A model generated the notes under the pieces. The model did not search any database, was not told the origin of the DNA, and was given only the letters and a program-made list of their open reading frames with translations. The translations under genes were made by a program, and so were the position numbers. Positions 13,056-24,370 of a stretch of 64,000 bases of DNA are shown one piece after another; within the stretch, counting starts at the first letter, position 1; each line of letters opens with the position of its first letter. This DNA is from Escherichia coli (GTDB lineage Bacteria; Pseudomonadota; Gammaproteobacteria; Enterobacterales; Enterobacteriaceae), in assembly GCF_044324785.1 (NCBI RefSeq), contig NZ_CP172127.1; one strand, given 5' to 3'.

Positions 13056-13502
13056 TTACATACTGATTGGCAACGCCATGATGATGGCGTCTTCGCGACC
13101 GTCCGTGGTGGGGTAGTAATTGCGGCGAATCGTCGCCTCGTTAAAGCCTAAACTTTCGTACAGGGCAATGGCGGCAGCGTTTGAAGCACGGACTTCCAGC
13201 CATAGTGTCGCCACGCCGCGTTTTTCCAGTTCGTCGATCAGATGTTCCAGCAGCGCCCTTCCCAATCCCTGACGCTGATAGTCAGGATCGACCGCAATAT
13301 TGAACAATGTAGCTTCATCCAGCACCACTTGCGTAATCGCAAACGCCGCCATTTTGCCGTTTTGCGTTAACTGAAAGTTGAGATAACGCTCGCCCTGGTT
13401 GCTGGCAAAGGTTTTTTCACTCCACGGAAAGGCGTGGGCGCGTTGTTCAATGTGGTAAGCCGCTGGTAAATCAGTCGTTTCGAGGGAAGAAATCGTGTTC
13501 AT
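13056..13502 (-). CDS. rimI: Ribosomal protein S18-alanine N-acetyltransferase RimI (148 aa)
   Basis: GNAT-fold [35 protein letters not shown]... Confidence 0.9.
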   Translation of the reverse strand: MNTISSLETTDLPAAYHIEQRAHAFPWSEKTFASNQGERYLNFQLTQNGKMAAFAITQVVLDEATLFNIAVDPDYQRQGLGRALLEHLIDELEKRGVATLWLEVRASNAAAIALYESLGFNEATIRRNYYPTTDGREDAIIMALPISM

Positions 13503-13884
13503 ATGTGCAAATTTGTTGCCATAACGCGGCGCGTGCCGTTGGGTTTGCCCGTAATTCGGTGAGCGCCGGTGATGCCACCTGAGCGCCTTCCAATGATAGC
13601 GGTTCGTCAGTACCCAACCGCCAGCTGTTGCAGCGACTGCCTTGCGGCAGCATCGCGATTTTTTCTGGCGTCAGTTGCAGCACTTGATCGGGGCTGACGG
13701 TTAATGCGCGCAGAACATCGCTCACTAAAGGATCAGTCAGGGCGGGAAGATCGTTTGCCACCATCACCAGACGGACGTGTGCCGGGATCGCAATGGCAAT
13801 CTCCCCCTGCAACGCGCCAGGGCGACGCAGCGACCACTGGGTAATGCCCAGTTGCTGTAACTGCCAGTCTCGTCGGGATGTCAT
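13471..13884 (-). CDS. holD: DNA polymerase III psi subunit HolD (137 aa)
   Basis: ORF MTSRRDWQLQQLGITQWSLRRPGALQGEIAIAIPAHVRLVMVANDLP...; 3' end overlaps rimI start by 32 nt. Confidence 0.9.
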   Translation of the reverse strand: MTSRRDWQLQQLGITQWSLRRPGALQGEIAIAIPAHVRLVMVANDLPALTDPLVSDVLRALTVSPDQVLQLTPEKIAMLPQGSRCNSWRLGTDEPLSLEGAQVASPALTELRANPTARAALWQQICTYEHDFFPRND

Positions 13885-13986
13885 AGCGAATCGCTCCTGT
13901 TGTCAGGGGCGCAAATATAGCAAATTCGTCGATACCGCGCCAACATATGGCTATAATCGCCGCCAGTATCAATTGAGGAGCATTCC

Positions 13987-15018
13987 ATGTCTGCATTTAC
14001 CCCGGCAAGTGAAGTCTTGCTGCGTCACAGTGATGATTTCGAACAAAGCCGTATTCTGTTTGCCGGAGACTTACAGGATGACCTGCCCGCGCGTTTAGAT
14101 ACCGCGGCCAGCCGTGCTCATACCCAGCAATTCCACCACTGGCAGGTGTTAAGCCGCCAGATGGGGGATAACGCCCGTTTTAGTCTGGTCGCCACGGCGA
14201 ATGATGTCGCAGATTGCAATACGCTGATTTACTACTGGCCGAAGAACAAACCGGAAGCCCAGTTCCAGTTGACGAATTTACTTTCTCTACTGCCGGTGGG
14301 CACGGATATTTTTGTCGTTGGCGAGAACCGCAGCGGCGTGCGCAGCGCCGAACAGATGCTGGCAGATTATGCGCCGTTGAATAAAGTCGACAGCGCCCGT
14401 CGCTGTGGCCTCTATTTTGGTCGTCTGGAAAAACAGCCGGTATTTGATGCCGATAAATTCTGGGGCGAATACAGCGTCGATGGCCTGACGGTCAAAACGC
14501 TGCCGGGCGTGTTTAGCCGCGACGGTCTGGATGTCGGTAGCCAGTTACTGCTCTCGACGTTAACTCCGCACACGAAAGGTAAAGTGCTGGATGTCGGCTG
14601 TGGCGCGGGCGTGCTTTCTGTTGCCTTTGCGCGCCATTCACCGAAAATTCGTCTCACTCTGTGCGATGTCTCTGCGCCAGCGGTAGAAGCCAGCCGCGCA
14701 ACACTTGCCGCCAACGGCGTTGAAGGTGAAGTCTTTGCCAGTAACGTCTTTTCCGAGGTGAAAGGTCGTTTTGATATGATCATCTCCAACCCGCCGTTCC
14801 ACGATGGGATGCAAACCAGCCTCGATGCGGCGCAAACGCTGATTCGCGGCGCGGTGCGTCATCTTAATAGCGGCGGCGAGCTGCGAATTGTAGCGAACGC
14901 CTTCCTGCCTTATCCGGACGTGCTGGATGAGACATTTGGCTTCCATGAAGTTATCGCGCAAACCGGGCGCTTCAAGGTGTATCGCGCCATTATGACCCGC
15001 CAGGCGAAGAAAGGTTAA
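13987..15018 (+). CDS. rsmC: 16S rRNA (guanine1207-N2)-methyltransferase RsmC (343 aa)
   Basis: [35 protein letters not shown]... with SAM-binding [12 protein letters not shown] and NPPFH motifs. Confidence 0.9.
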   Translation: MSAFTPASEVLLRHSDDFEQSRILFAGDLQDDLPARLDTAASRAHTQQFHHWQVLSRQMGDNARFSLVATANDVADCNTLIYYWPKNKPEAQFQLTNLLSLLPVGTDIFVVGENRSGVRSAEQMLADYAPLNKVDSARRCGLYFGRLEKQPVFDADKFWGEYSVDGLTVKTLPGVFSRDGLDVGSQLLLSTLTPHTKGKVLDVGCGAGVLSVAFARHSPKIRLTLCDVSAPAVEASRATLAANGVEGEVFASNVFSEVKGRFDMIISNPPFHDGMQTSLDAAQTLIRGAVRHLNSGGELRIVANAFLPYPDVLDETFGFHEVIAQTGRFKVYRAIMTRQAKKG

Positions 15019-15032
15019 GTATCTGGCACCTG

Positions 15033-15080
15033 TCGCCGCATACCGTGTCGGATGCGGCGTACACGCCTTATCTGACCGAC
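15033..15080. repeat. REP-like palindromic unit downstream of rsmC
   Basis: gtcggatgcggcgtacacgccttatctgac resembles a single REP unit. Confidence 0.55.
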
Positions 15081-15148
15081 AAACGAATTATCCACAATTC
15101 GCTGATGGCCATTTTTCCAGCAATTACACCTCTGTCGATAATTAACTA

Positions 15149-15176
15149 TTGACGAAAAGCTGAAAACCACTAGAAT
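15149..15176 (+). promoter_or_regulatory. Sigma70 promoter for tRNA-Leu
   Basis: TTGACG (-35, 15149..15154), 16-bp spacer, TAGAAT (-10, 15171..15176), then a GC-rich discriminator gcgcctcc typical of stringently controlled stable-RNA promoters; about 40 nt upstream of the tRNA. Confidence 0.7.
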
Positions 15177-15217
15177 GCGCCTCCGTGGTAGCAATTCTTT
15201 TTAAGAATTGATGGTAT

Positions 15218-15304
15218 GCGAAGGTGGCGGAATTGGTAGACGCGCTAGCTTCAGGTGTTAGTGTCCTTACGGACGTGGGGGTTCAAGTCCCCCCCCTCGC
15301 ACCA
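15218..15304 (+). tRNA. leuQ: tRNA-Leu (anticodon CAG), 87 nt including CCA
   Basis: gcgaaggtggcggaattggtagacgcgctagcttCAGgtgttagtgtccttacggacgtgggggttcaagtcccccccctcgcacca: long-variable-arm type II tRNA with CAG anticodon and encoded CCA end. Only one copy is present. Confidence 0.95.
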
Positions 15305-15342
15305 ATTATCTTTACTTCCTTTCTTGTTGCTTCCCTGTTTTA

Positions 15343-15579
15343 TCATCCCTGCTTCAAATTCATTATCATCAGCATGATGCCAGCAATAAGCGCCAGGCAC
15401 GATGGCAGCAAAACGTAATGCCGCAACTGTTTGTGATACAGCATCACCGGCGTCAATACTAATCCCATCAGAATGATAATCCGCCATTGATCCGGCGATA
15501 AATCCGCATACATCAGCCCTGCAATCAGCAATCCCGGCAGCAACACTCCCCAGCCACTGCCCAGCGTACGTTGCAACAT
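15343..15579 (-). CDS. yjjZ: DUF1435 small membrane protein YjjZ (78 aa)
   Basis: Protein MLQRTLGSGWGVLLPGLLIAGLMYADLSPDQWRIIILMGLVLTPVMLYHKQLRHYV...; internal ATG chosen; divergent from fhuF across the Fur-box region. Confidence 0.7.
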   Translation of the reverse strand: MLQRTLGSGWGVLLPGLLIAGLMYADLSPDQWRIIILMGLVLTPVMLYHKQLRHYVLLPSCLALIAGIMLMIMNLKQG

Positions 15580-15597
15580 GGTTTCATCTCTTTCATT

Positions 15598-15713
15598 GAT
15601 AATGATAACCAATATCATATGATAATTTTTATCATTTGCAAGCCAGAGAAATCCCTTGCTATCGGGTAAACCTATCGCTAGGATTAGCAATCATTATCAT
15701 TTAGATTACTATC
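15598..15713. promoter_or_regulatory. Fur boxes in the yjjZ-fhuF divergent promoter region
   Basis: gataatgataaccaatatcatatgataatttttatcatt (15598..15636) and gcaatcattatcatttagattactatc (15687..15713) match the Fur consensus GATAATGATAATCATTATC as overlapping hexamers. Confidence 0.8.
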
Positions 15714-15719
15714 ACGATT

Positions 15720-16508
15720 ATGGCCTATCGTTCCGCACCGCTCTATGAAGATGTTATCTGGCGAACGCATCTCCAGCCGCAGGATGCTGGGCTTGCACAA
15801 GCCGTACGGGCGACGATCGCCGAACATCGTGAACATTTGCTGGAGTTTATCCGTCTGGATGAACCCGCACCGCTCCGTGCCATGACGCTGGCGCAATGGT
15901 CATCACCGAATACGCTAAGTTCTCTACTGGCGGTCTATTCCGATCATATCTACCGCAACCAACCCTTGATGATCCGCGAGAACAAACCGCTGATCTCACT
16001 ATGGGCACAATGGTATATCGGCCTGATGGTGCCACCATTAATGCTGGCGCTACTGACGCAGGAAAAAGCATTAGATGTGTCGCCGGAACATTTCCATGCT
16101 GAGTTTCACGAAACCGGACGCGCCGCCTGTTTCTGGGTCGATGTGTGTGAAGATAAAAACGCAACACCACATTCGCCGCAGCAGCGAATGGAAACGTTAA
16201 TCAGCCAGGCGCTGGTTCCGGTTGTGCAGGCACTAGAAGCGACCGGAGAGATCAACGGCAAACTTATCTGGAGTAATACCGGTTATTTGATCAACTGGTA
16301 TCTCACTGAGATGAAGCAACTGCTCGGCGAGGCGACGGTTGAATCGCTGCGCCATGCCCTATTTTTTGAGAAAACGCTCACGACCGGTGAAGATAATCCA
16401 CTCTGGCGTACCGTGGTGCTGCGCGACGGCCTACTGGTGCGCCGCACTTGCTGCCAGCGTTATCGCTTACCGGATGTGCAGCAATGTGGCGATTGTACGC
16501 TGAAATGA
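15720..16508 (+). CDS. fhuF: Ferric-siderophore reductase FhuF (262 aa, 2Fe-2S)
   Basis: ORF MAYRSAPLYEDVIWRTHLQPQDAGLAQAVRA... with C-terminal C-C-x10-C-x2-C cluster motif (RRTCCQRYRLPDVQQCGDCTLK). Confidence 0.9.
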   Translation: MAYRSAPLYEDVIWRTHLQPQDAGLAQAVRATIAEHREHLLEFIRLDEPAPLRAMTLAQWSSPNTLSSLLAVYSDHIYRNQPLMIRENKPLISLWAQWYIGLMVPPLMLALLTQEKALDVSPEHFHAEFHETGRAACFWVDVCEDKNATPHSPQQRMETLISQALVPVVQALEATGEINGKLIWSNTGYLINWYLTEMKQLLGEATVESLRHALFFEKTLTTGEDNPLWRTVVLRDGLLVRRTCCQRYRLPDVQQCGDCTLK

Positions 16509-16544
16509 AGCACTGCCGGGGAAGTAAACCCGGCATCATGTGGA

Positions 16545-17222
16545 TTAATAGGGATGCAACACATTACTTGCTTCGCAATGCCGCATACATAACAGAATAT
16601 CTGCGGCCTCCAACAACCCTGCATCAGAACTGACGCCCAGTTTCGACATCACATTAAATTTATGTGCACGGATCGTTTTGATATTGCGTTTAAGCTGCTC
16701 GGCAATTTGTGTCATTGAGTAGCCACGCGACATAAAGCGCAATATTTCTCTCTCCGTCGGGCTTAGCGTTCGGCTTTGATTAATGTACCACTGATTGTTC
16801 AGTCGGTCGGTCGCCTGACGTACACCATTTAATGACAAAAAGAGTTCCTGATGAAAAATCTCCAGCGTTGACGCTTTACTTAATACACCGTCCAGCGGTG
16901 ATGGCGACAATGAACCGATCAGCCGAGCTTCAATATCATCATCCGCAATAACTAAACGTCGGGTACGCGGAAACTTAATCGCCAGTTCAGTCAGGCAAGA
17001 TAATCCCTCTCTGCGTTCACTTCTCATGGCAGAAAAAGAAAAAATGACCGCCGCAAACGAGATCCGCGACATGGCATCCTGAAATGACTCCTGACTGGTA
17101 TAGGTATGGAGCTTATAAGGGTTACCTGCAAACTTTCTGAATAAACTCTCAATACCGATACTGCTCATGACGCATTTTTCTATGAGTGCGACATTTCTCT
17201 TCTTAATTCGGCTGTGTTCCAT
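16545..17222 (-). CDS. bglJ: LuxR-family transcriptional regulator BglJ (225 aa)
   Basis: [34 protein letters not shown]... with C-terminal LuxR-type HTH ([25 protein letters not shown]). Confidence 0.85.
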
Positions 17223-17905
17223 TCTGCGGCATCTCCATAAACAGAAGGCAAGTTAAGTTCTCTTGCACCCTGCGCGCTATTTATCCATGCATACATTTCA
17301 GCGTTGCTGTGAATTGCCAGTCGACGCATCGCACTGTTTTTTTGGGCGCTGATAGTTTTATTACTTTTCTTAAGCAATGAAGCTATCTGGTTGATGCCCC
17401 ATCCTTTACCTAATAGCCGCAGTACCTTGCGCTCTGAAAGAGTGAGAATGACGGAGCGATAGCTAAAATCATGAGTTTCAGTCATTGCCGGAGAGGTCAG
17501 CATGGCGCTGATACGCTCTGCGTGCGTATTGCCGGAACGTACGGTCTTGACCAGATTCTCAATAGGTTCAACATCAGACAATAACGTCGCCGTAGGGCAC
17601 ATGAGCAATTCTACTGCCTGGGAATACCAGGAGCGTGACACCATGAAAACCCAGTGAATTTCCCGATATTGTGAGATTAAAGAATAATAATGTTCACAAA
17701 CAGAACGTGGATCTTCACTTTCACCGGCTAAATCAGCAATAACTAATCCGGAACGACGTAATTGTAATAAGGTAAGGTCCTCCGCAGAGGCGCTGGATAT
17801 TATTTCATATTCAGGGAAGTGAGTCCTCATGACCTCTTTTAACCCTGCTTGCATAACAGGTATTTTACTGATAACAATTCCATTTTTGCAGCATCCTGGC
17901 AACAT
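17180..17905 (-). CDS. yjjQ: LuxR-family transcriptional regulator YjjQ (241 aa)
   Basis: ORF with C-terminal LuxR HTH ([23 protein letters not shown]); overlaps bglJ by 43 nt (operon). Confidence 0.85.
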
Positions 17906-18523
17906 ATTTCCTCCACATCCACTGTCTAAAAATCATGATGGTTTATTCAGGATATTCATTCCTTAAATGTTTCCAGCAAATTAATAGATTAAGCGAATAA
18001 ATTATCCTTAGCATTCACTTTCATATCAGCATACTCCTGCTGCACAACAACTCCACTGCATGTGTCAGAAGGTTAGCATCAAATGATAACCTGGTGAAAT
18101 AGCCTGGAGACATTTAAAATATCTACATTAAGTTGTTAGAAATACTTAATGAAAAACAGAATTCTCATTCATTTAATTTATAATTAACTGATATCCCTTC
18201 CCGCAGAATGCAAAATCACACAATCAATATTTATTCAATAAAATCTGATAGTTTTAACTTGTAAAAATTAAAAAACGCGCCCAGTTATCTTTTATCCTGA
18301 TTCGTAAAGGCTAAACAATAAATTCATTATAGTGATAATATTCATGCGATAATTTGTTTGCGGCGAGAGATAATTCGCTTTTTAACACCGAGCTTCTCCC
18401 GATAACCAGGATTAATCAGCGCAATTTTGATCTTAACCTACCGCAAAACAACCGTGCTTCATGATACAAATGGATTCTCATTATCTGAACAATACGCAGC
18501 ACGTCTATGACAAAGGGCGAGTT
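17906..18523. promoter_or_regulatory. AT-rich divergent regulatory region between yjjQ and yjjP
   Basis: About 600 bp of strongly AT-rich, non-coding sequence with curved-DNA-like A/T tracts; in E. coli this yjjQ-bglJ/yjjP region is known to be H-NS-silenced and LeuO-activated. Individual sites not resolved. Confidence 0.5.
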
Positions 18524-19294
18524 ATGCAAACTGAGCAACAGCGAGCCGTAACACGGCTTTGTATCCAGTGTGGATTATTTCTTTTGCAACATGGTGCGGA
18601 AAGCGCGTTGGTTGATGAGCTTTCCTCACGACTGGGTCGGGCGTTGGGAATGGACAGCGTCGAAAGTTCTATCTCTTCGAACGCCATAGTGCTGACAACC
18701 ATCAAAGATGGACAATGCCTGACATCGACACGTAAAAATCACGATCGCGGCATTAATATGCATGTGGTGACTGAAGTCCAGCACATTGTGATTCTGGCGG
18801 AGCATCATCTGCTGGATTACAAAGGTGTAGAGAAACGATTTAGCCAAATTCAGCCATTACGTTACCCGAGATGGCTGGTAGCCTTAATGGTCGGCCTTTC
18901 TTGCGCCTGTTTCTGTAAACTCAATAAAGGTGGCTGGGATGGTGCCGTCATCACCTTCTTTGCCAGTACGGTCGCGATGTATATCCGCCAGCTGCTGGCA
19001 CAACGTCATCTTCATCCACAGATCAACTTTTGCCTCACCGCTTTCGCCGCCACCACCATTTCCGGTTTGCTTTTGCAACTTCCCACTTTCAGCAATACAC
19101 CCACTATCGCGATGGCCGCCAGCGTTCTGCTGCTGGTGCCGGGTTTTCCGTTGATTAATGCCGTCGCCGATATGTTTAAAGGCCACATCAATACCGGACT
19201 GGCACGCTGGGCGATCGCCAGTCTGCTGACACTGGCTACCTGCGTCGGCGTGGTGATGGCACTGACGATTTGGGGGCTACGCGGATGGGTGTGA
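18524..19294 (+). CDS. yjjP: Inner membrane protein YjjP (putative succinate exporter subunit, 256 aa)
   Basis: Protein [42 protein letters not shown]...; internal start chosen over the 277-aa track ORF. Confidence 0.85.
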   Translation: MQTEQQRAVTRLCIQCGLFLLQHGAESALVDELSSRLGRALGMDSVESSISSNAIVLTTIKDGQCLTSTRKNHDRGINMHVVTEVQHIVILAEHHLLDYKGVEKRFSQIQPLRYPRWLVALMVGLSCACFCKLNKGGWDGAVITFFASTVAMYIRQLLAQRHLHPQINFCLTAFAATTISGLLLQLPTFSNTPTIAMAASVLLLVPGFPLINAVADMFKGHINTGLARWAIASLLTLATCVGVVMALTIWGLRGWV

Positions 19295-19758
19295 TCGAAT
19301 TTCTGTTCGCGTTGGCGCAGGATATGATCCTCGCCGCCATTCCAGCGGTCGGCTTTGCGATGGTGTTCAACGTTCCCGTTCGGGCGTTACGCTGGTGTGC
19401 GCTGCTTGGCGCGATTGGTCATGGTTCACGAATGATCTTAATGACCAGCGGGCTGAATATTGAGTGGTCAACCTTTATGGCCTCCATGCTGGTCGGCACC
19501 ATTGGTATTCAATGGTCGCGCTGGTATCTTGCGCATCCGAAAGTGTTTACCGTGGCGGCTGTTATCCCCATGTTCCCTGGCATATCGGCTTATACCGCAA
19601 TGATTTCGGCGGTAAAAATCAGCCAGTTAGGTTACAGCGAGTCATTGATGATTACCCTATTAACCAACTTTCTTACAGCTTCATCGATTGTTGGTGCATT
19701 ATCCATCGGTCTTTCCATTCCTGGATTATGGTTGTACCGCAAGCGCCCTCGCGTATAA
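19285..19758 (+). CDS. yjjB: Inner membrane protein YjjB (157 aa)
   Basis: Protein [31 protein letters not shown]...; start overlaps yjjP stop (translational coupling). Confidence 0.85.
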   Translation: MGVIEFLFALAQDMILAAIPAVGFAMVFNVPVRALRWCALLGAIGHGSRMILMTSGLNIEWSTFMASMLVGTIGIQWSRWYLAHPKVFTVAAVIPMFPGISAYTAMISAVKISQLGYSESLMITLLTNFLTASSIVGALSIGLSIPGLWLYRKRPRV

Positions 19759-19865
19759 AATTGCCTCGCTTAAAGCACACGGATGAGAGACAGCCTCCTC
19801 TCCTCCGTGTGTTACTATAAAAGTTATCTCCCTTCTCGTTCATCGTTCCATATTTGAGAAACAGT

Positions 19866-20405
19866 ATGTCTTCCAGAGTTTTGACCCCGGACGTCGTTGG
19901 TATTGACGCCCTGGTACACGATCACCAAACCGTTCTGGCAAAAGCTGAAGGCGGTGTGGTTGCCGTATTTGCTAACAATGCCCCGGCGTTTTATGCCGTC
20001 ACGCCTGCACGCCTGGCTGAACTGCTGGCGCTGGAAGAAAAGCTGGCGCGTCCGGGAAGCGATGTCGCTCTGGACGATCAACTCTATCAGGAACCGCAAG
20101 CCGCTCCCGTTGCTGTACCCATGGGGAAATTCGCCATGTATCCGGACTGGCAACCCGATGCCGACTTTATCCGCCTGGCGGCGCTATGGGGCGTGGCGCT
20201 AAGAGAGCCGGTGACCACCGAAGAACTGGCCTCATTCATTGCCTACTGGCAGGCGGAAGGTAAAGTCTTTCACCATGTGCAGTGGCAACAAAAACTGGCG
20301 CGCAGCCTGCAAATCGGCCGTGCCAGCAACGGCGGACTGCCGAAACGAGATGTGAATACGGTCAGCGAACCTGACAGCCAAATTCCACCAGGATTCAGAG
20401 GGTAA
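19866..20405 (+). CDS. dnaT: Primosomal protein DnaT (179 aa)
   Basis: Protein [45 protein letters not shown]... Confidence 0.9.
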
Positions 20406-20407
20406 CG

Positions 20408-21145
20408 ATGAAAAACGTTGGCGACCTGATGCAACGCCTGCAAAAAATGATGCCTGCCCATATCAAACCTGCGTTCAAAACGGGTGAAGAACTACTGGCC
20501 TGGCAGAAAGAACAAGGGGCGATCCGCTCCGCCGCTCTCGAACGTGAAAATCGGGCGATGAAAATGCAGCGCACCTTTAACCGCTCCGGTATTCGTCCAC
20601 TGCATCAGAACTGCTCCTTTGAGAACTATCGCGTTGAGTGTGAAGGGCAAATGAATGCGTTAAGCAAAGCGCGCCAGTATGTCGAAGAGTTTGACGGCAA
20701 CATCGCCAGCTTCATCTTTTCTGGTAAGCCAGGAACCGGCAAAAACCATCTGGCGGCAGCAATCTGCAACGAGCTGCTGCTACGCGGTAAATCCGTATTG
20801 ATCATCACCGTGGCCGATATTATGTCGGCGATGAAAGATACCTTCAGGAATAGCGGTACCAGCGAAGAACAACTGCTTAACGATCTGAGCAACGTTGATC
20901 TGCTGGTGATCGATGAGATCGGCGTGCAGACCGAATCGAAATACGAAAAAGTGATCATCAACCAGATCGTCGATCGCCGCTCTTCTTCCAAACGCCCAAC
21001 CGGGATGCTGACCAACAGTAATATGGAAGAGATGACCAAGTTGCTGGGCGAACGCGTGATGGACCGTATGCGCCTGGGTAACAGTTTGTGGGTGATCTTC
21101 AACTGGGATAGCTACCGTAGCCGGGTAACGGGTAAAGAGTATTAA
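20408..21145 (+). CDS. dnaC: Replicative helicase loader DnaC (245 aa)
   Basis: ORF MKNVGDLMQRLQKMMPAHIKPAF... with AAA+ Walker A GKPGTGKNHLAAA and Walker B LLVIDEIG. Confidence 0.95.
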   Translation: MKNVGDLMQRLQKMMPAHIKPAFKTGEELLAWQKEQGAIRSAALERENRAMKMQRTFNRSGIRPLHQNCSFENYRVECEGQMNALSKARQYVEEFDGNIASFIFSGKPGTGKNHLAAAICNELLLRGKSVLIITVADIMSAMKDTFRNSGTSEEQLLNDLSNVDLLVIDEIGVQTESKYEKVIINQIVDRRSSSKRPTGMLTNSNMEEMTKLLGERVMDRMRLGNSLWVIFNWDSYRSRVTGKEY

Positions 21146-21190
21146 TCCCCGTTTCTGGCGGTATACTGCGACACAATTCCACCTTGAGTA

Positions 21191-21688
21191 ATGATGATGA
21201 AAACTGTTAAACATCTTCTGTGCTGTGCCATTGCCGCCAGCGCATTAATTTCCACCGGGGCACATGCTGCGTCATGGAAAGATGCGCTCTCCAGCGCCGC
21301 CAGCGAACTTGGCAACCAAAACAACACGACACAGGAAGGCGGTTGGTCGCTCGCGTCATTAACTAACTTGCTTAGCAGCGGGAACCAGGCCTTAAGCGCA
21401 GATAACATGAACAATGCCGCAGGCATTCTGCAATACTGCGCGAAGCAAAAGCTGGCTTCGGTAACCGATGCCGAAAACATCAAGAATCAGGTACTGGAAA
21501 AACTGGGCCTGAACAGTGAAGAGCAAAAAGAAGACACCAACTACCTAGATGGCATTCAGGGTTTGCTGAAAACCAAAGATGGTCAGCAACTCAATCTGGA
21601 TAACATCGGAACGACTCCGCTGGCAGAAAAGGTGAAAACCAAAGCCTGCGATCTGGTGTTAAAGCAGGGGCTGAACTTCATTTCCTGA
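21191..21688 (+). CDS. yjjA: DUF2501 secreted protein YjjA
   Basis: ORF with signal peptide MMMKTVKHLLCCAIAASALISTGAHAASW... Confidence 0.8.
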   Translation: MMMKTVKHLLCCAIAASALISTGAHAASWKDALSSAASELGNQNNTTQEGGWSLASLTNLLSSGNQALSADNMNNAAGILQYCAKQKLASVTDAENIKNQVLEKLGLNSEEQKEDTNYLDGIQGLLKTKDGQQLNLDNIGTTPLAEKVKTKACDLVLKQGLNFIS

Positions 21689-21941
21689 ACCGCGAAACGC
21701 CGCGTTTTAGCTGTTACCCGGCTGACGCGGCTCTCTCCTGCCCTTTTCCCTGCCCCTGGACGGTTTTCCCCCTGTTACACGGGAAGCGACCGTAATCAAA
21801 AAAGTCTGTTTATAAACTAATTCCTAACAACATCGCATTTTTTTGACACTAGAATTGCAGCAATATGGCGACGCCATTACATTGTGCTTCTCAAAAAGCT
21901 TAAACGTTGGCTAAACGGCCCGGTTTAGTGAGGATCGCCCG

Positions 21942-24233
21942 TTGTCAGAACTACTCTCTTTCGCCCTTTTTCTCGCCTCTGTGCTGATTTACGCATGGAA
22001 AGCGGGACGTAACACCTGGTGGTTTGCAGCCACGTTAACGGTGCTGGGGCTATTTGTCGTTTTAAATATCACCCTGTTTGCCAGCGACTATTTTACTGGT
22101 GATGGTATTAACGACGCGGTTCTCTATACCTTAACCAACAGCCTGACCGGTGCTGGCGTCAGCAAATACATTCTTCCGGGTATCGGCATTGTGCTGGGGC
22201 TGACGGCGGTGTTCGGTGCGCTGGGCTGGATCCTGCGCCGTCGTCGTCATCATCCGCACCATTTTGGTTACAGCCTGCTGGCACTCTTACTGGCGTTGGG
22301 TTCAGTGGATGCCAGCCCGGCATTTCGTCAGATAACGGAACTGGTGAAATCCCAGTCACGCGATGGCGACCCGGACTTTGCGGCTTATTATAAAGAGCCG
22401 TCGAAAACTATCCCTGACCCGAAACTCAACCTGGTTTATATCTACGGCGAAAGTCTCGAGCGGACCTATTTTGATAACGAAGCTTTCCCGGATCTCACGC
22501 CTGAACTGGGCGCGTTGAAAAATGAAGGCCTGGATTTCAGCCACACGCAGCAGCTGCCAGGAACGGATTACACGATTGCGGGCATGGTGGCTTCTCAGTG
22601 CGGCATACCGCTGTTTGCCCCCTTTGAAGGCAACGCCTCCGCCTCTGTCTCCAGCTTCTTCCCGCAGAACATCTGTCTGGGCGATATCCTGAAAAACTCG
22701 GGTTATCAGAACTATTTCGTGCAGGGCGCGAATCTGCGTTTTGCCGGTAAAGATGTGTTCCTGAAGTCGCACGGCTTCGACCACTTATACGGCTCAGAAG
22801 AGCTGAAAAGCGTGGTGGCCGACCCGCACTATCGCAACGACTGGGGATTCTACGACGATACCGTTCTCGATGAAGCGTGGAAAAAGTTTGAAGAGCTTTC
22901 CCGCTCAGGTCAGCGATTCTCACTGTTTACCCTGACAGTCGATACCCATCACCCGGATGGTTTTATCTCGCGTACCTGTAACCGCAAAAAATATGATTTT
23001 GACGGTAAGCCGAATCAGTCATTCAGCGCGGTAAGTTGCAGCCAGGAGAATATCGCGACGTTTATCAACAAAATCAAAGCGTCACCGTGGTTTAAAGATA
23101 CCGTCATCGTCGTCTCTTCTGACCATTTAGCGATGAACAACACGGCGTGGAAATACCTCAATAAACAGGATCGCAATAACCTGTTTTTTGTCATCCGTGG
23201 CGACAAGCCGCAGCAAGAGACGCTGGCGGTGAAGCGTAACACGATGGATAACGGCGCGACGGTGCTGGACATTCTCGGTGGCGATAACTATCTCGGACTT
23301 GGTCGTAGCAGTTTATCCGGGCAGTCGATGTCGGAAATCTTCCTCAATATCAAAGAGAAAACATTGGCGTGGAAGCCGGATATCATCCGCCTGTGGAAAT
23401 TCCCTAAAGAGATGAAAGAGTTCACCATCGACCAGCAGAAAAACACGATTGCCTTCTCGGGTAGCCATTTCCGTTTGCCGCTGCTGTTGCGGGTTTCAGA
23501 CAAGCGCGTAGAACCGCTGCCGGAAAGTGAATACTCAGCACCGCTGCGTTTCCAGCTGGCCGATTTCGCTCCACGCGACAATTTCGTCTGGGTTGACCGT
23601 TGCTACAAGATGGCACAACTCTGGGCTCCGGAACTGGCACTCTCCACCGACTGGTGTGTCTCGCAGGGGCAGCTTGGCGGTCAGCAAATTGTTCAGCATG
23701 TTGACAAAACAACATGGAAGGGCAAAACGGCATTTAAAGATTCGGTCATCGACATGGCGCGTTACAAAGGCAATGTCGATACGCTGAAGATTGTTGATAA
23801 CGATATCCGCTACAAAGCCGACAGTTTCATCTTTAACGTCGCCGGTGCGCCGGAAGAGGTGAAACAGTTTAGCGGGATTTCTCGTCCGGAGTCGTGGGGC
23901 CGCTGGTCCAACGCACAGCTGGGCGACGAAGTAAAAATCGAGTACAAGCATCCGCTGCCGAAGAAATTTGACCTGGTGATTACCGCCAAAGCATACGGCA
24001 ATAACGCCAGCCGTCCTATTCCGGTACGCGTAGGCAATGAAGAACAAACTCTTGTGCTGGGCAATGAAGTGACCACCACCACGCTGCATTTCGATAACCC
24101 AACCGATGCCGACACGCTGGTAATTGTGCCGCCGGAACCTGTCTCAACCAACGAAGGGAATATCCTCGGACACTCGCCGCGTAAGCTCGGGATCGGCATG
24201 GTGGAAATTAAAGTGGTAGAACGTGAAGGGTAA
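21942..24233 (+). CDS. opgB: Phosphoglycerol transferase I OpgB/MdoB (763 aa, sulfatase-like)
   Basis: [39 protein letters not shown]...; apparent TTG start. Confidence 0.9.
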   Translation: MSELLSFALFLASVLIYAWKAGRNTWWFAATLTVLGLFVVLNITLFASDYFTGDGINDAVLYTLTNSLTGAGVSKYILPGIGIVLGLTAVFGALGWILRRRRHHPHHFGYSLLALLLALGSVDASPAFRQITELVKSQSRDGDPDFAAYYKEPSKTIPDPKLNLVYIYGESLERTYFDNEAFPDLTPELGALKNEGLDFSHTQQLPGTDYTIAGMVASQCGIPLFAPFEGNASASVSSFFPQNICLGDILKNSGYQNYFVQGANLRFAGKDVFLKSHGFDHLYGSEELKSVVADPHYRNDWGFYDDTVLDEAWKKFEELSRSGQRFSLFTLTVDTHHPDGFISRTCNRKKYDFDGKPNQSFSAVSCSQENIATFINKIKASPWFKDTVIVVSSDHLAMNNTAWKYLNKQDRNNLFFVIRGDKPQQETLAVKRNTMDNGATVLDILGGDNYLGLGRSSLSGQSMSEIFLNIKEKTLAWKPDIIRLWKFPKEMKEFTIDQQKNTIAFSGSHFRLPLLLRVSDKRVEPLPESEYSAPLRFQLADFAPRDNFVWVDRCYKMAQLWAPELALSTDWCVSQGQLGGQQIVQHVDKTTWKGKTAFKDSVIDMARYKGNVDTLKIVDNDIRYKADSFIFNVAGAPEEVKQFSGISRPESWGRWSNAQLGDEVKIEYKHPLPKKFDLVITAKAYGNNASRPIPVRVGNEEQTLVLGNEVTTTTLHFDNPTDADTLVIVPPEPVSTNEGNILGHSPRKLGIGMVEIKVVEREG

Positions 24234-24247
24234 TTCCTGACTGATGT

Positions 24248-24274
24248 GTAGGTCGCATAAGGTGCGACCTACAC
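24248..24274. repeat. Palindromic unit (REP-like hairpin) downstream of opgB
   Basis: gtaggtcgcataaggtgcgacctac perfect hairpin followed by gccttctccggc. Confidence 0.5.
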
Positions 24275-24370
24275 GCCTTCTCCGGCTTACAACACACTAT
24301 TAAGAAACAAAAAAAACAGCGCCCAACACTTCCCCGGACGCTGCATGGCAACTTTAATAATCTCGCCTTA

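Noticed and set aside
6447-17222. Short coding overlaps yjjI/yjjW (29 nt), rimI/holD (32 nt) and yjjQ/bglJ (43 nt) as unusual.
   Set aside because: Overlaps of this kind are common for translationally coupled operon genes and fit the expected backbone.
19777-19812. Imperfect hairpin cacacgga...tccgtgtg between yjjB and dnaT as a terminator or attenuator.
   Set aside because: The loop is about 20 nt and there is no U-tract; structure too weak to call.
21843-21869. A sigma70 promoter for opgB from the TTGACA at 21843..21848.
   Set aside because: The candidate -10 elements are weak (TATGGC at 15-bp spacing, or tagaat directly abutting the -35); not confident enough to list as a feature.
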